64,000 nt of DNA from Eubacteriaceae bacterium (GCA_051649025.1 JBOFGH010000003.1:4261-68260), one strand, 5' to 3'. Shown: positions 43,023-54,091, numbered from the stretch's first letter. Program-made: numbers and translations. Notes: generated by a model not told the origin, from the sequence alone.

Positions 43023-43591
43023 TGTTTAATTGGGTTGTAAGTCGCGTTATTTATCAATTGAGTGCAAACAATATTATTGAGGAAGAAGATCGTTCCATTT
43101 ACCAATATGGGTTAGAGTCTTTGTTAACGAAGGCATTGCATACGTTGACAATGATTTTAGTTGGTTGGTTTTTAGGGCTGTTAACAGAAACAATTGCTTT
43201 TATATTAGCCTACTCTTTTGTGAGAATCTATGCAGGGGGGTATCATGCAAAAAGTAAAATTGTTTGTTACTTATGGTCTTGGGGAACCGTTCTAGGGGTA
43301 TTGAGTGTATTGCTTTTTTATCCAGAAAATTCTTTTATGGCGTTGTCTTTGGTTTTGTTGTTGCTAGGATTTATAAGTATTTATACTTTGGCTCCAGTTG
43401 AAAACCCTAATAAGCCACTTGATCAGATGGAAATAGTGGTTTATGGAAAAAAAGCGCGAACAATTCTATGGATTCTAATGACATTAGGACTCATTTTGAC
43501 CATTGGGTTTAACAGCATTTACGGTCTAATAATTGGATTGTGTTTAGCTTTTGAGGGATTAATGTTGGTTTTAGGAAAAAATAATTATTAG
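43022..43591 (+). CDS. agrB: AgrB-family membrane peptidase (AIP processing)
   Basis: 189-aa polytopic ORF with the conserved RIYAGGYHA.S...C motif (catalytic His/Cys context of AgrB). Confidence 0.8.
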   Translation: MFNWVVSRVIYQLSANNIIEEEDRSIYQYGLESLLTKALHTLTMILVGWFLGLLTETIAFILAYSFVRIYAGGYHAKSKIVCYLWSWGTVLGVLSVLLFYPENSFMALSLVLLLLGFISIYTLAPVENPNKPLDQMEIVVYGKKARTILWILMTLGLILTIGFNSIYGLIIGLCLAFEGLMLVLGKNNY

Positions 43592-43688
43592 TGAGAGGTG
43601 GGTTTCCTTTATGGAACTCACCTTTTTCAAATCTTGACAATTTTTTTGAAAGGGATAACATTTTAAATGTTAAGGTCGAGATTTTAGG

Positions 43689-44255
43689 ATGGAAAAATTT
43701 AAATACACATTGGATCAAGAAATCATTATTAACAATCGAAAGAGATTTTGTAAAGATGTCGAAAAGTTTGTTGACGAGCGGTATGAACCAGATCAAATGG
43801 CAGTAGTGTTACAAGGGGTTCTGTCAAATATTGATGTGAACATATACAATAAGCTTTGCTTTTCAGGAACTCAGATGATGGAAATATTTAAAGGAATTCA
43901 GGATGAACTAGAAGTTGAAATTTACGCGAATCCCAAATTTTCATGGGAGGAGATGCATGCGATTAGAAGGTATTTATATATTGGATTGGATGTATCTGCT
44001 TTTATTGAAAATGGTTTTAGCTTTCAACAAATAAAGATGATTGCTTTAGGTTATAAATTAGATTTAGATTATAAGATGTACTCCAAAAAATGTTACGATG
44101 AAAAACAAATGAAGGAGTTATGTCTTGGACTCATTCAGAATTTAGATATTACTGATTACATGAACCCAGAACTTACGGAAATAGAAATGAAAGAACAAAG
44201 AATAAAACTTCAAGACAAAAAAAATAATCAGATAATGAAATTATTTATGTTTTGA
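43689..44255 (+). CDS. hypothetical protein built from five to six tandem ~30-aa repeats
   Basis: 188-aa ORF. The repeats have the pattern (F/Y)xxxQMxxIxxGxxxxLDVxxYxNPx (for example FSGTQMMEIFKGIQDELEVEIYANPK, FSWEEMHAIRRYLYIGLDVSAFIENG, YDEKQMKELCLGLIQNLDITDYMNPE). Confidence 0.6.
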   Translation: MEKFKYTLDQEIIINNRKRFCKDVEKFVDERYEPDQMAVVLQGVLSNIDVNIYNKLCFSGTQMMEIFKGIQDELEVEIYANPKFSWEEMHAIRRYLYIGLDVSAFIENGFSFQQIKMIALGYKLDLDYKMYSKKCYDEKQMKELCLGLIQNLDITDYMNPELTEIEMKEQRIKLQDKKNNQIMKLFMF

Positions 44256-44352
44256 GAAAAAATTAATGAAGTAAGATTATCTATTGCGGAATATGATAGC
44301 CTCTTGTGCAAATTTATAGTACAATAACTTTAAAAGAAAAGGGGGGAGTACC

Positions 44353-45072
44353 GTGCTGAAAATTTGTGTATGCGATGATAATCAAAAAACGGCTCAAGGA
44401 GTTGCGAGTATCGTTATAAAATTTTGTGAAAAGAGAATGATCGAACAATCGACAAAAGTTTATTACGATGGAAAGCAATTAATAGAAAGCGGGGAAACCT
44501 TTGATATTATTTTTTTAGATGTAGAAATGCCAGAAATGGATGGTATTCATGCAGGAAAGCTTATTCGTAAGCAGAACACAAACGCCAAAATAATATATAT
44601 TACTGGATACGTTAATTATATGCGCAATGCATTTTCGGTTCATGCATTTGATTATCTAAGAAAGCCTTTTAAGTCTGAAAGGGTAGAACAAGCTTTAGAG
44701 GAAGCTTTAGAATATATTGATAATGAAACAAAGAATAGCAGTGTATCTGTAATGATTCAAAATGGACCTGTGACGTTTCAAACGAAGGACATCTATTATT
44801 TTGAACGATATCATCGAAAAATTAAAATTATTACCGTAAAAGGTGAAATGGAAATTAGCAATCATTTAGAAGATATTTATGAGAGTGTAAAGGACAAGGG
44901 ATTTGAGATTTGTCATAAAAGTTATGTAGTAAACCTGTTTCATATTCAATCCATTAAGGGGTTTGAAATTTTATTAAAAAATGATGACTGGATTCCTTTA
45001 GCCCAAAAGCGTGCAGTGGCATTTAAGAAGAGTCTCTACGATTATTTGCACGAAGCTTATAATATTATATAG
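44353..45072 (+). CDS. LytTR-family response regulator (AgrA-like)
   Basis: 239-aa ORF with a GTG start. It has a receiver domain (FDIIFLDVEMPEMDG) and a C-terminal LytTR domain (ICHKSYVVNL). Confidence 0.85.
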   Translation: MLKICVCDDNQKTAQGVASIVIKFCEKRMIEQSTKVYYDGKQLIESGETFDIIFLDVEMPEMDGIHAGKLIRKQNTNAKIIYITGYVNYMRNAFSVHAFDYLRKPFKSERVEQALEEALEYIDNETKNSSVSVMIQNGPVTFQTKDIYYFERYHRKIKIITVKGEMEISNHLEDIYESVKDKGFEICHKSYVVNLFHIQSIKGFEILLKNDDWIPLAQKRAVAFKKSLYDYLHEAYNII

Positions 45073-45080
45073 GCATTGCC

Positions 45081-46382
45081 ATGGAGAAGTTATTTTATTT
45101 CGGAAACATAATTATTTCATACAGTGTCATCGGCTACGTTATGTTAAAGGCGATGTTCGAATTATATGTCCCCCGATATCAACAAAAATGGATTTATGTT
45201 GCGGTTTGGCTTGGCTTTGTTTTACTGTCGATTTTGGTGTATTTAACTGAGATACCAATTATTAAAAGTCTTTTTTGCCTCGTTTTTATTTTTGTATTTG
45301 AGTTTGTATTATTTAAGGGCTACTCAAAAAAAGAAATGATTGGGTATGGGTTGTTTTTTTTCCTATTTTTACTCGTGATTGATTCATTATCGGTGATTTT
45401 GTTTTCGGTGGTAAGTACGAATACCATTGGTATTTTGAAGCAAAATGAATGGTTTCTTTTTATCTCAGGGGTAAGTAATGGAATCTTGCTTCTTTGCTTT
45501 TCTAATCTATTCACAAGAGTGATGAAACGGCATCGCATTGAAATGATTGATATTGAACAAAACGCTTTTTTAATTGCACTCGCAATTTTTGAAGTTTTAT
45601 TATCGAATTATATTATGATATTGAGTGAGAATAGCCCAAATGGAATTGTGCAAGGGTTCATTGTCATCGGATTTTTGGTTTTTGATTTTTACTTAATTTT
45701 TCTTTTCGAAAGCATTTCAAAGAAAAACCGATTGGAGCAAGAGGTTGTTTTGGGGAAACAACAAGCCACGATGCAAGCGAATTATTATGCCACCATTGAA
45801 GCACAATATGACGAATCTCAAAGGCTGATTCATGATATGAAAAATCATCTGCATACGCTGGAAAGTATGTATACGGAAGATGAGAGAATTCAAGAAGAAA
45901 AAGAATACACAGAAATGATCTATGAAAAAATGAATCGATTGGGAAGCCGATTTAAAGCTGACAATCGGGTTTTAACGATTATTATTAATGATAAAATAAA
46001 AAGAAGTGAAGAACTTGGAATTGAAATTAAAACAGAAGTGGAAAATATTAATCTCGATTTTATTAATGCATTCGATTTAACAACGATCTTTTCCAATCTT
46101 TTGGATAATGCCATTGAAGCCTGTGCGGAAGTTGAGAAAAATGGTCGCTTTATCCATATGAAACTTTTTAAGCGGAATAAATTTATTATTCTCAACATTA
46201 AGAACACCATAAACCAGTTACCTGTTAAGGAAAAAAATCGATTCTCCTCAACAAAGGGACAAGGGCATTTTGGATTAGGACTTAAAAATGTTCAACGGGC
46301 CATAGAGAGTTATGAAGGCGATATTGGATATGATTATAACGAAAAAGTGTTTACCATAAAAGTGACAATTCCTTGTGGCTAG
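45081..46382 (+). CDS. AgrC-like GHKL sensor histidine kinase (HPK10 type)
   Basis: 433-aa ORF with 6-7 N-terminal TM segments, an H-box-like HDMKNHL, an N-box LLDNAIEA, and GHFGLGLKNV. Confidence 0.8.
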   Translation: MEKLFYFGNIIISYSVIGYVMLKAMFELYVPRYQQKWIYVAVWLGFVLLSILVYLTEIPIIKSLFCLVFIFVFEFVLFKGYSKKEMIGYGLFFFLFLLVIDSLSVILFSVVSTNTIGILKQNEWFLFISGVSNGILLLCFSNLFTRVMKRHRIEMIDIEQNAFLIALAIFEVLLSNYIMILSENSPNGIVQGFIVIGFLVFDFYLIFLFESISKKNRLEQEVVLGKQQATMQANYYATIEAQYDESQRLIHDMKNHLHTLESMYTEDERIQEEKEYTEMIYEKMNRLGSRFKADNRVLTIIINDKIKRSEELGIEIKTEVENINLDFINAFDLTTIFSNLLDNAIEACAEVEKNGRFIHMKLFKRNKFIILNIKNTINQLPVKEKNRFSSTKGQGHFGLGLKNVQRAIESYEGDIGYDYNEKVFTIKVTIPCG

Positions 46383-46423
46383 TGGTGAAAGGCAATTAGC
46401 AAATTAGCTTTTAGAGGTCCTTT

Positions 46424-46474
46424 AAGGGAGGGAGTGCATTGAAATTATTAATGCACTCCCTTCCTTATTTTTTG
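46424..46474 (+). terminator. intrinsic terminator
   Basis: 16-bp stem (AAGGGAGGGAGTGCAT / ATGCACTCCCTTCCTT, one mismatch) followed by a T-run. Confidence 0.75.
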
Positions 46475-46639
46475 AAGTAATCATGAAAAATTGATTTTTA
46501 ATAGGGAAGGAGCAATGTCAAAATGCACTTAAAAAAGGAACAAATCAATGAGAAGAAAGTAGATTATTACGAAAAAAGTGTAAATAAATGAGCGTTTTAT
46601 GATAATATATGAATCATTAAATGAGAATCCTGTGGTTAA

Positions 46640-48055
46640 GTGAAGAGGGAAATAATGGAAAAAATGAATGAAAAACTTAGAAAAATTCCAAAGGTAGACG
46701 TGATTGTAGAAAATAAAGTGATGCGTGAATTATTAAAAGAAAATCATCGACCTCTCGTGATTGAGTCCATTCAAATTGCCATAAATATGTATCGAGAAAA
46801 GCTCTTAAACGGAGGAGAACTAGAGAAAAACATTGAGGAATTGATTTGCGAAAAGGCTAAGGAACAGTTAGAAAATAAAAAAAGGGTGAGCTTAAGGAAA
46901 GTTATTAATGGAACTGGAATTTTACTACACACAAACCTAGGAAGAAGTGTTTTGGGAGAAAGGGTGGCTGAAAAAGTAAAAGACGTTGCCATGAACTATT
47001 CAACGTTAGAGTATAATCTAAAAAAAGGGAGTCGTGGTAGCCGCCATACCCATATAGAAAAGCTTCTTTGCGAACTCACAGGGGCAGAAGCAGCCATGGC
47101 AGTAAATAATAATGCTGGAGCTGTGATGCTAATGCTTAGTGCCATAGCTCGAGGGAAGGAAGTGATTGTATCTCGAGGGGAATTAGTGGAGATTGGAGGG
47201 TCCTTTCGGGTTCCTGTAATGATGGAGGAAAGTGGGGCAAAACTTATTGAAGTTGGAACTACAAATAAAACCCATCCAAAGGATTACGAAGGAGCGATTG
47301 ATCTCGAAAAAACAGGTGCGCTTTTAAAAGTCCATGCAAGTAATTTTGCAATTATGGGGTTTGTTAAAGAAGTGTCGATTGAAGAACTTTGTGTGATCGG
47401 AAACAAACAAAACATTCCAGTCTTACAAGATTTAGGAAGTGGGACTTTATATCCCTTAGAAACCTATGGTCTTCCTGGGGAGCCTACCATTAAGGAGTGC
47501 TTGGAAGCTGGAGTTGACGTTCTTTCTTTTTCAGGAGACAAACTTTTAGGTGGACCACAAGCGGGAATTCTTTTGGGAAAAAAGAAGTTTATTGAAGTTA
47601 TAAAAAAACATCCATTAGCGCGAATTTTGAGAATTGACAAACTGACACTGGCAGCCTTGGAAGAGACCTTGCGGATATATTTGAATCCTACTAAAATTTC
47701 AGAGGATATTCCGACAATAGGAATGCTATCCCTCAAAGAAGAGCAATTAAGGAAATTGGGGGAAAGATTGATTAATGAAATTAATCAGGGTGAAATTTTA
47801 GGTGAAATTGAACTTGTTCCTTCGGAAGCACAGGTTGGAGGGGGCTCGGTTCCAAAAGGCATTTTAAAATCTTATGCAGTTGCAATTAAGACAAACACAA
47901 TTTCTGTGGATGAACTTGAAAGACGACTGAGAAGCAGTGAGATACCGATAATCACAAGAATTCATAAAGAACAATTGTTACTAGATTTAAGAACCATCTT
48001 TGTAGAAGACTATGAATACATAGGGAAGACAATGCGTAGGTGTTTAAGTGAATAA
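46640..48055 (+). CDS. selA: L-seryl-tRNA(Sec) selenium transferase
   Basis: 471-aa ORF with VINGTGILLHTNLGRS, NNNAGAVML and the PLP-lysine context FSGDKLLGGPQAG. Confidence 0.9.
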   Translation: MKREIMEKMNEKLRKIPKVDVIVENKVMRELLKENHRPLVIESIQIAINMYREKLLNGGELEKNIEELICEKAKEQLENKKRVSLRKVINGTGILLHTNLGRSVLGERVAEKVKDVAMNYSTLEYNLKKGSRGSRHTHIEKLLCELTGAEAAMAVNNNAGAVMLMLSAIARGKEVIVSRGELVEIGGSFRVPVMMEESGAKLIEVGTTNKTHPKDYEGAIDLEKTGALLKVHASNFAIMGFVKEVSIEELCVIGNKQNIPVLQDLGSGTLYPLETYGLPGEPTIKECLEAGVDVLSFSGDKLLGGPQAGILLGKKKFIEVIKKHPLARILRIDKLTLAALEETLRIYLNPTKISEDIPTIGMLSLKEEQLRKLGERLINEINQGEILGEIELVPSEAQVGGGSVPKGILKSYAVAIKTNTISVDELERRLRSSEIPIITRIHKEQLLLDLRTIFVEDYEYIGKTMRRCLSE

Positions 48056-48064
48056 CCGGAGGAG

Positions 48065-50008
48065 ATGAAAGTGCAAGATGAGAAGAACATTATTATTGGA
48101 ACAGCGGGTCATGTTGATCATGGGAAGACTTCGTTAATTAAGGCACTTACAGGATTTGATACAGATCGGCTTAAGGAAGAAAAAGAACGGGGAATTACCA
48201 TCGAACTCGGATTTGCTTGGCTTAAACTCCCAAATGGAGAGAAAGCGGGGATAATTGATGTTCCTGGACATGAACGTTTTATTAAAAATATGTTTGCAGG
48301 AGCAGGAGGGATTGATTTAGCTCTTTTGGTTATTGCGGCTGACGAAGGCGTTATGCCTCAAACCATTGAGCATCTAAGGATTTTAACGCTTTTGGGAATT
48401 CCTAGGGGTCTGATCGTTTTAACGAAATGCGATTTGGTTGAGGCAGAATGGCTTGATTTAGTAGAAGAAGATATTCGGGAATTAATGAAAGATAGTCTCA
48501 TGGAAACTTCAGAAATTATCCGAGTTTCGGGAATAACAGGTGAGGGGATTGAGGCGCTAAAGACAGAGATTTTTAAGGAAATTTCTTTTTGCCGAGGAAA
48601 GCCAACAGATGAGGCTTTGCGAATTCCCGTGGATCGTGTCTTTACAATTTCAGGGTTTGGGACCGTTGTTACAGGAACAATTTTTCAGGGAACAATTTGC
48701 GAAGGCGAAGAAGTGACGATCTATCCCCAAAAGATGACAGCAAAAGTTCGGACGCTCGAGGTTCACGGAGAAAAAACGAACCAAGCCGTTGCAGGACAAC
48801 GGGTGGCGGTTAATTTTTCGGGAATCAAAAAAGAAGAAATCAAACGTGGAAATGTTGTGGCATTAGCAGATAGCCTTCTTGTGACCTATCAATTAGATGT
48901 TTATTTAAAAGCGTTAATGGACGAAGAGCGGGTTATTAAAAACAATAGTCGCGTTCATTTCTATTGTGGTGCAATGGAAGCCTTGTGTAAAGTAGTGCTC
49001 ATTGGGGAAGAACAACTCGAGCCAGGAGGAGAATGCTATGCTCAATTAAGATTTGAAGAGCCAATGGCATTAAAAGCAGGGGATCGATTTGTTATTCGGT
49101 TTTACTCTCCAATGGAAACCATCGGTGGCGGTGTTGTACTAGATCCGTTTCCAAATAAACACAAACGGTGGGATATTAAGGCTTTGGAAAGTATGAAATG
49201 CCTTCATAAGGGAAGTAAAGAAGAACGATTTGTGGAAGGCGTTCGTATTGGAAGCCAAAAATTCAAAACAAGCAAAGAAATTATCCAGCGGTTAAATTTA
49301 GAAGAAGAGATTCTAAAACTCGAAAAGGAATATACGGAGTTAATTAAAATTAATGAAGATATCTATTTGCACAAAGAATTTCTAGAAGTATTTGAAAAAA
49401 GATTAATCGAAAGTTTGACTCTCTATCATGAGAATTTTCCATTGCGTCAAGGAATGTCACGAGATGAATTGCGTTCGAAATTACGATTCGATATGGATAT
49501 TCATATCATGGATGATCTGTTGACATACTATGAAATTTCAGAAATTATAAGTTATAAAAAAGGCATGATCGCTTTGATTAGCTTTAAACCAGTTTATGAT
49601 CGAGAACAAGAAAAATGTAAGATTACCTTAGAAAAAATGATGGAAGACAGCAAATTTCTTCCCCCCAGAGTGGATGATTATGATCCGATAATTCTAAAAG
49701 ACAAATACTTTAAACAGGTTCTTGAGGCATTGCTTTTATCAGGGGAGATGTTTCAGATTGAGCCGAAGCTGTATTTTAGTAAAAAGAGGATTAAAAAAGC
49801 GATGGAGATATTTAAGTGTATTGAAAGTGATCATGATGGGGTTGGTCTTGGGGAGTTTAGAGATGCCGTGGAAACCTCTCGTAAGTATGGGGTTTCACTT
49901 TTAGAGAATTGGGATTCCCAGGGGTATACGAAAAAAACAGGGGACATTCGAAAAAGCACACAAAAGATGGACGCATTTTTAGAAAATGAAGAAGATCCCC
50001 TTAAGTAA
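48065..50008 (+). CDS. selB: selenocysteine-specific translation elongation factor
   Basis: 647-aa ORF with GTPase motifs [14 protein letters not shown] and TKCD, plus a long C-terminal winged-helix extension. It is adjacent to selA. Confidence 0.9.
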   Translation: MKVQDEKNIIIGTAGHVDHGKTSLIKALTGFDTDRLKEEKERGITIELGFAWLKLPNGEKAGIIDVPGHERFIKNMFAGAGGIDLALLVIAADEGVMPQTIEHLRILTLLGIPRGLIVLTKCDLVEAEWLDLVEEDIRELMKDSLMETSEIIRVSGITGEGIEALKTEIFKEISFCRGKPTDEALRIPVDRVFTISGFGTVVTGTIFQGTICEGEEVTIYPQKMTAKVRTLEVHGEKTNQAVAGQRVAVNFSGIKKEEIKRGNVVALADSLLVTYQLDVYLKALMDEERVIKNNSRVHFYCGAMEALCKVVLIGEEQLEPGGECYAQLRFEEPMALKAGDRFVIRFYSPMETIGGGVVLDPFPNKHKRWDIKALESMKCLHKGSKEERFVEGVRIGSQKFKTSKEIIQRLNLEEEILKLEKEYTELIKINEDIYLHKEFLEVFEKRLIESLTLYHENFPLRQGMSRDELRSKLRFDMDIHIMDDLLTYYEISEIISYKKGMIALISFKPVYDREQEKCKITLEKMMEDSKFLPPRVDDYDPIILKDKYFKQVLEALLLSGEMFQIEPKLYFSKKRIKKAMEIFKCIESDHDGVGLGEFRDAVETSRKYGVSLLENWDSQGYTKKTGDIRKSTQKMDAFLENEEDPLK

Positions 50009-50081
50009 TTTTCCAAGGAATTCCTTTGGAAATGAATTCCTTTGGAAATGAATTTTTAGAAATTAAAAAAAGGAGCTTAAT

Positions 50082-51287
50082 ATGATTGGTGTAACCATAG
50101 AAAAGGCCATAGAACTGATTCTGGAAAAAGCAGAGCCAGTTACAACAACAGAGTATATTTCAGTATTAGAAGCCAATGGAAGGATTTTAGTTGAGGATGT
50201 TTTTGCACCTATTGATAATCCTCCTTTTGATCGTTCTCCCATTGATGGTTATGGAGTTCGGGGAGAAGATACCATGGGGGCAACCAAAGAAAATCCTGTA
50301 ACACTTAAAGTAATTGATGAAATCTGTGCTGGGGAATTTTCAGAAAAAGCAGTTTCAAAAAATGACGCTGTGCGAATAATGACCGGAGCGCCCTTTCCAA
50401 AAGGAGTGAATGCGGCTATTATGCAAGAACAAACAAATTATGGTGAAAAGGAAGTTGCGATCTATAAAGAAATTAAACCCTACGAAAATTATTGCTATGC
50501 TGGGGAAGATTACAAAAAAGGAACCATTTTGGTTGAAAAAAATGCAAAAATAACCTATATTGAACAAGGCATTTTAAGTAGCGCTGGGTTTGAACAGGTC
50601 AGAGTTTGGAAAAAATCGCAGATTGCGTTAATTACAACAGGGGACGAAATGGTGGTTGCAGGTAGCCCACTAACGCCAGGGAAGATTTATAATTCAAACC
50701 ACATGATGCTGAGTGCTCGGTTACAAGAACTTGGGTTTTCGATTGCATACGCGGTACATGTTGTTGATGACCCCAATCAGGTTGCGAAAAAAATTATAGA
50801 AGCATCTCAGGTAGCCGATCTTATTATCACAACAGGAGGGGTATCGGTTGGGAAAAAGGATGTTTTACATGGAACCCTTGAGGCACTAGAGATTGAAAAA
50901 GTCTTTTGGCGTATTCAAATTAAACCAGGAACCCCAGCATTATTCTCAGTTTACAATGAGCGACCAATCATTAGTCTTTCGGGAAATCCTTTTGCTGCTA
51001 TTGCGAATATGGAGTTATTGGTGAGACCAGCCTTGGCTAAAATAAACCGAGATCCCTCCTTAAAAACTAAAACAGAAAAAGGGAGGATGGCGGATGAATT
51101 TAAGAAAGTGAGTAAAAGGAGACGTTTTATTCGAGGGCATTTTGAAAAGGGGGAAGTCACTTTAGGTGAACAAAAAAACTCATCTGGGGTGATCGCGTCA
51201 ATGCGAGGATGTAATTGTATGATTGATATTCCAGAAGGGAACAAAGGACTTAAGATAGGAGACGAGGTATGTGTTGTTCTGCTGTAA
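50082..51287 (+). CDS. moeA: molybdopterin molybdotransferase
   Basis: 401-aa ORF with PPFDRSPIDGYGV, TGDE...G.IYNSN, and TTGGVSVG motifs. Confidence 0.9.
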   Translation: MIGVTIEKAIELILEKAEPVTTTEYISVLEANGRILVEDVFAPIDNPPFDRSPIDGYGVRGEDTMGATKENPVTLKVIDEICAGEFSEKAVSKNDAVRIMTGAPFPKGVNAAIMQEQTNYGEKEVAIYKEIKPYENYCYAGEDYKKGTILVEKNAKITYIEQGILSSAGFEQVRVWKKSQIALITTGDEMVVAGSPLTPGKIYNSNHMMLSARLQELGFSIAYAVHVVDDPNQVAKKIIEASQVADLIITTGGVSVGKKDVLHGTLEALEIEKVFWRIQIKPGTPALFSVYNERPIISLSGNPFAAIANMELLVRPALAKINRDPSLKTKTEKGRMADEFKKVSKRRRFIRGHFEKGEVTLGEQKNSSGVIASMRGCNCMIDIPEGNKGLKIGDEVCVVLL

Positions 51288-51781
51288 AAAACCCAAAAAT
51301 TTTAGGGATTAGTGGTATTAAAAACTCAGGAAAAACAACTTTTATTGAAAAACTCGTCATCGGGTTAAGGCAACGAAACCTAAAAGTTGCGGTTGTCAAA
51401 CATGATGGACACGATTTTGAAGCAGATGTTGAAGGGACAGATAGTCATCGGTTTTTTCAAGCAGGAGCCTATGGAACAGCGGTTTTTTCAGAAAACAAGT
51501 TTTTAGTGGTTAAATCTTGGGAGAAATCATCAGAAAAGGAACTCATACTATTATTTCCAGAAGCGGATTTAATTCTGTTAGAAGGGTTTAAGTATTCGAA
51601 CTATCCGAAAATCGAATTGATTAGAAAAGGAATCTCGAAGGAAAGTGTTTGTAAAAAAGAGACTTTAATGGGAATCGTAACCGATACAACATTTAAGATA
51701 GAAGGGATTCCTAGTTTTGGTTTTGATGAAATCGATAACGTGATCGACTTATTTTTAAAAAACTTGTCTATACAAGGTTAG
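51269..51781 (+). CDS. mobB: molybdopterin-guanine dinucleotide biosynthesis adapter protein MobB
   Basis: 170-aa ORF with the P-loop GIKNSGKTT, VKHDGHDF and LLEGFK motifs. It overlaps the moeA end. Confidence 0.8.
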   Translation: MCCSAVKNPKILGISGIKNSGKTTFIEKLVIGLRQRNLKVAVVKHDGHDFEADVEGTDSHRFFQAGAYGTAVFSENKFLVVKSWEKSSEKELILLFPEADLILLEGFKYSNYPKIELIRKGISKESVCKKETLMGIVTDTTFKIEGIPSFGFDEIDNVIDLFLKNLSIQG

Positions 51782-51909
51782 GGTTGTGTAGTATAATAAT
51801 GTAAAAATAGCAAAAATTACGTAACTTCGAGCTGCTTCTGTATTGAAGGTGTTTAGAGGAGGTTTGAGGAGTATTATTTTGCTAAAAACCATATAAGGGG
51901 GAAATTTGT

Positions 51910-54090
51910 ATGGCAACAAAGCAAGTCCAAACGACCTGCCCATATTGTGGTGCTGGCTGTCAAATTATGTTTACGGTTGATGAAACCGAAAACAAAATTA
52001 TTGAAGCTGTACCTGCAAATGGAAGAACTAATGAAAACACGTTGTGTCTAAAAGGACATTACGGCTGGGATTATTTGAATGATCCTCAAATTCTCACAAA
52101 GCGTTTAACAAAACCGATGATTCGAAAAGGTGGAAAAGGAAGTCCTTTAGAAGAAGTCGAGTGGAAAGAAGCAATTTCCTATGTTGCTCAAAAATTAGGT
52201 GAAATCAAGGAAAAATATGGGCCAGATGCCATTATGGGAACAGGCTCGGCTCGTGGTGCAGGAAACGAAGCTAATTATTTGATGCAAAAATTCATCCGCG
52301 CATGTATTGGTACGAATAATATCGATCATTGCGCACGGATATGACACGCCCCTTCAGTAGCGGGTCTACTGTATTCTTTAGGATCGGGTGCGATGTCTAT
52401 GGGGATCCCAGAAATTGAGGATGCCAAGTTATTATTTATTTTTGGTTATAATGGCGCAGATTCACATCCCATTGTAGCGAGAAGGATTGTACGAGCGAAA
52501 CAAAAAGGAGCAACCGTTGTTTGTGTTGACCCACGTGTCACTGAGACAGCTCGTATTTCTGATATCCATTTACAATTAAAAGGTGGAACAAATCTTGCTT
52601 TGGTTAATGCCATTGCCAATGTTATTATTGAAGAAAACCTTTGTGACGAATACTTCATTGAAGAACATACAGAAGGCTTTGCGGAATTCAAAGAGGTTGT
52701 AAAAAAATATACCCCAGAATATTCAGAAAAAATCACTCAGGTGCCAGCAGAACTCATTCGGGAAACCGCAAGAGCTTACGCAAAGGCAAAAACGTCTATG
52801 ATTCTTTATGGAATGGGTGTGTGCCAGTTTGCACAAGCCGTTGATGTGGTTAAAGGTCTTGCTAATTTAGCTCTGATGACTGGAAATTTTGGAAAAGAAA
52901 ACTGTGGGATTGGGCCAGTCCGTGGACAAAATAATGTTCAGGGAGCTTGTGATATGGGAGCCTTGCCAAATTGTTATCCTGGGTATCAGGTGGTTACCAA
53001 TCCAGAAGTACAAGCAAAATTTGAAAAAGCTTGGGGAGTCAAGCTTTCATCAGAAATTGGAAATCCAATTACCCATTTCCCAGATAAAGTATTAAGAGAA
53101 GAACCCGATAAAAAAGTTCATGCATATTATATTTTCGGAGAAGATCCTGCACAATCAGATCCTGATCTTGCCGATGTTCGAGAAGCTTTAGAGGCCTGTG
53201 ATTTTGTTGTTATGCAAGATATTTATATGAATAAAACAGGGCTATTTGCCGATGTTATTTTACCTTCTACAGGCTGGGGAGAACATGAAGGTGTTTATAC
53301 CTGTGCCGATCGTGGTTTCCAAAGAATGCGAAAACTTGTGGAACCCACAGGAGATGTAAAAACAGATTGGCAGATTATCAGTGAAATTTCTACTGCCATG
53401 GGTTATCCAATGTCTTATAAAAACACCGAAGAAATTTGGAATGAAGTCATTGACTTATGCCCAAGTTTTAAAGGGGCAACTTACGAAAAAATGGAAAAAC
53501 TAGGTGGCGTACAATGGCCTTGTCGAGATAAAGACATGTCGGATAAGGGCACACAATTCTTACATAAAGATGGTGCTTTTGCTCGTCCAAATGGCAAAGG
53601 TTTGTTTTATGGTACAGAATGGCGTTCTCCAAAAGAATTGGAAAATGCAGAATACCCATTAACCCTTTCAACCGTAAGGGAAGTTGGACATTATTCAGTT
53701 CGAACAATGACAGGAAATTGTCGAACCCTTCGTAATTTAGAAGATGAACCTGGTTGGGTGCAAATGAGCATCGAAGATTGTAAAGAACTTGGGTTGGTCA
53801 AAGGGGAATTAGTTAAAGTCCTTTCAAAAAGGGGTTACTGCATTACCCGCTGCTTACCGACGGAACGTGTAAAAAAGGGTGCGACTTACATGACCTATCA
53901 ATGGTGGATTGGTGCATGTAATGAACTGACAACAGGGTCTTTAGATCCTATTAGTAATACACCTGAATATAAATACTGTGCATGTCGAGTAGAAAAAATC
54001 AAAGATCAGGAATGGGCTGAGCGACATATCCTAGAATCTTATGATCAAATCAAAACAGATATGGGCATTGATACAAAGGAGGGAAATTAA
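51910..54090 (+). CDS. fdhF: selenocysteine-containing formate dehydrogenase catalytic subunit (FdhF-type, Mo/W-bis-MGD)
   Basis: Track ORFs 51910..52344 and 52393..54090 are in the same frame and are joined across a single TGA at 52342-52344. Read-through gives IDHCARI-U-HAPSVAGLLYSLGSGAMS, the canonical Sec active-site context. The N-terminal CPYCGAGC..C motif is a [4Fe-4S] site. Confidence 0.9.
52342..52371 (+). promoter_or_regulatory. UGA(Sec) codon plus bacterial SECIS-like hairpin
   Basis: A CAGTAG-CGGGT-CTACTG hairpin (52355-52371) begins 10 nt after the UGA, and its apical loop contains GGU. Confidence 0.6.
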
Positions 54091-54091
54091 G

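Noticed and set aside
43509-43806. ORFs 43509..43796 (-) and 43591..43806 (+) between agrB and the repeat protein
   Set aside because: They overlap the ends of better-supported genes, have no RBS, and their products are not recognisable.
51782-51909. Possible Moco/Wco riboswitch in the fdhF leader
   Set aside because: The leader is only about 128 nt and AT-rich, and I could not identify the conserved Moco-motif stems. This cannot be excluded without a covariance-model scan.
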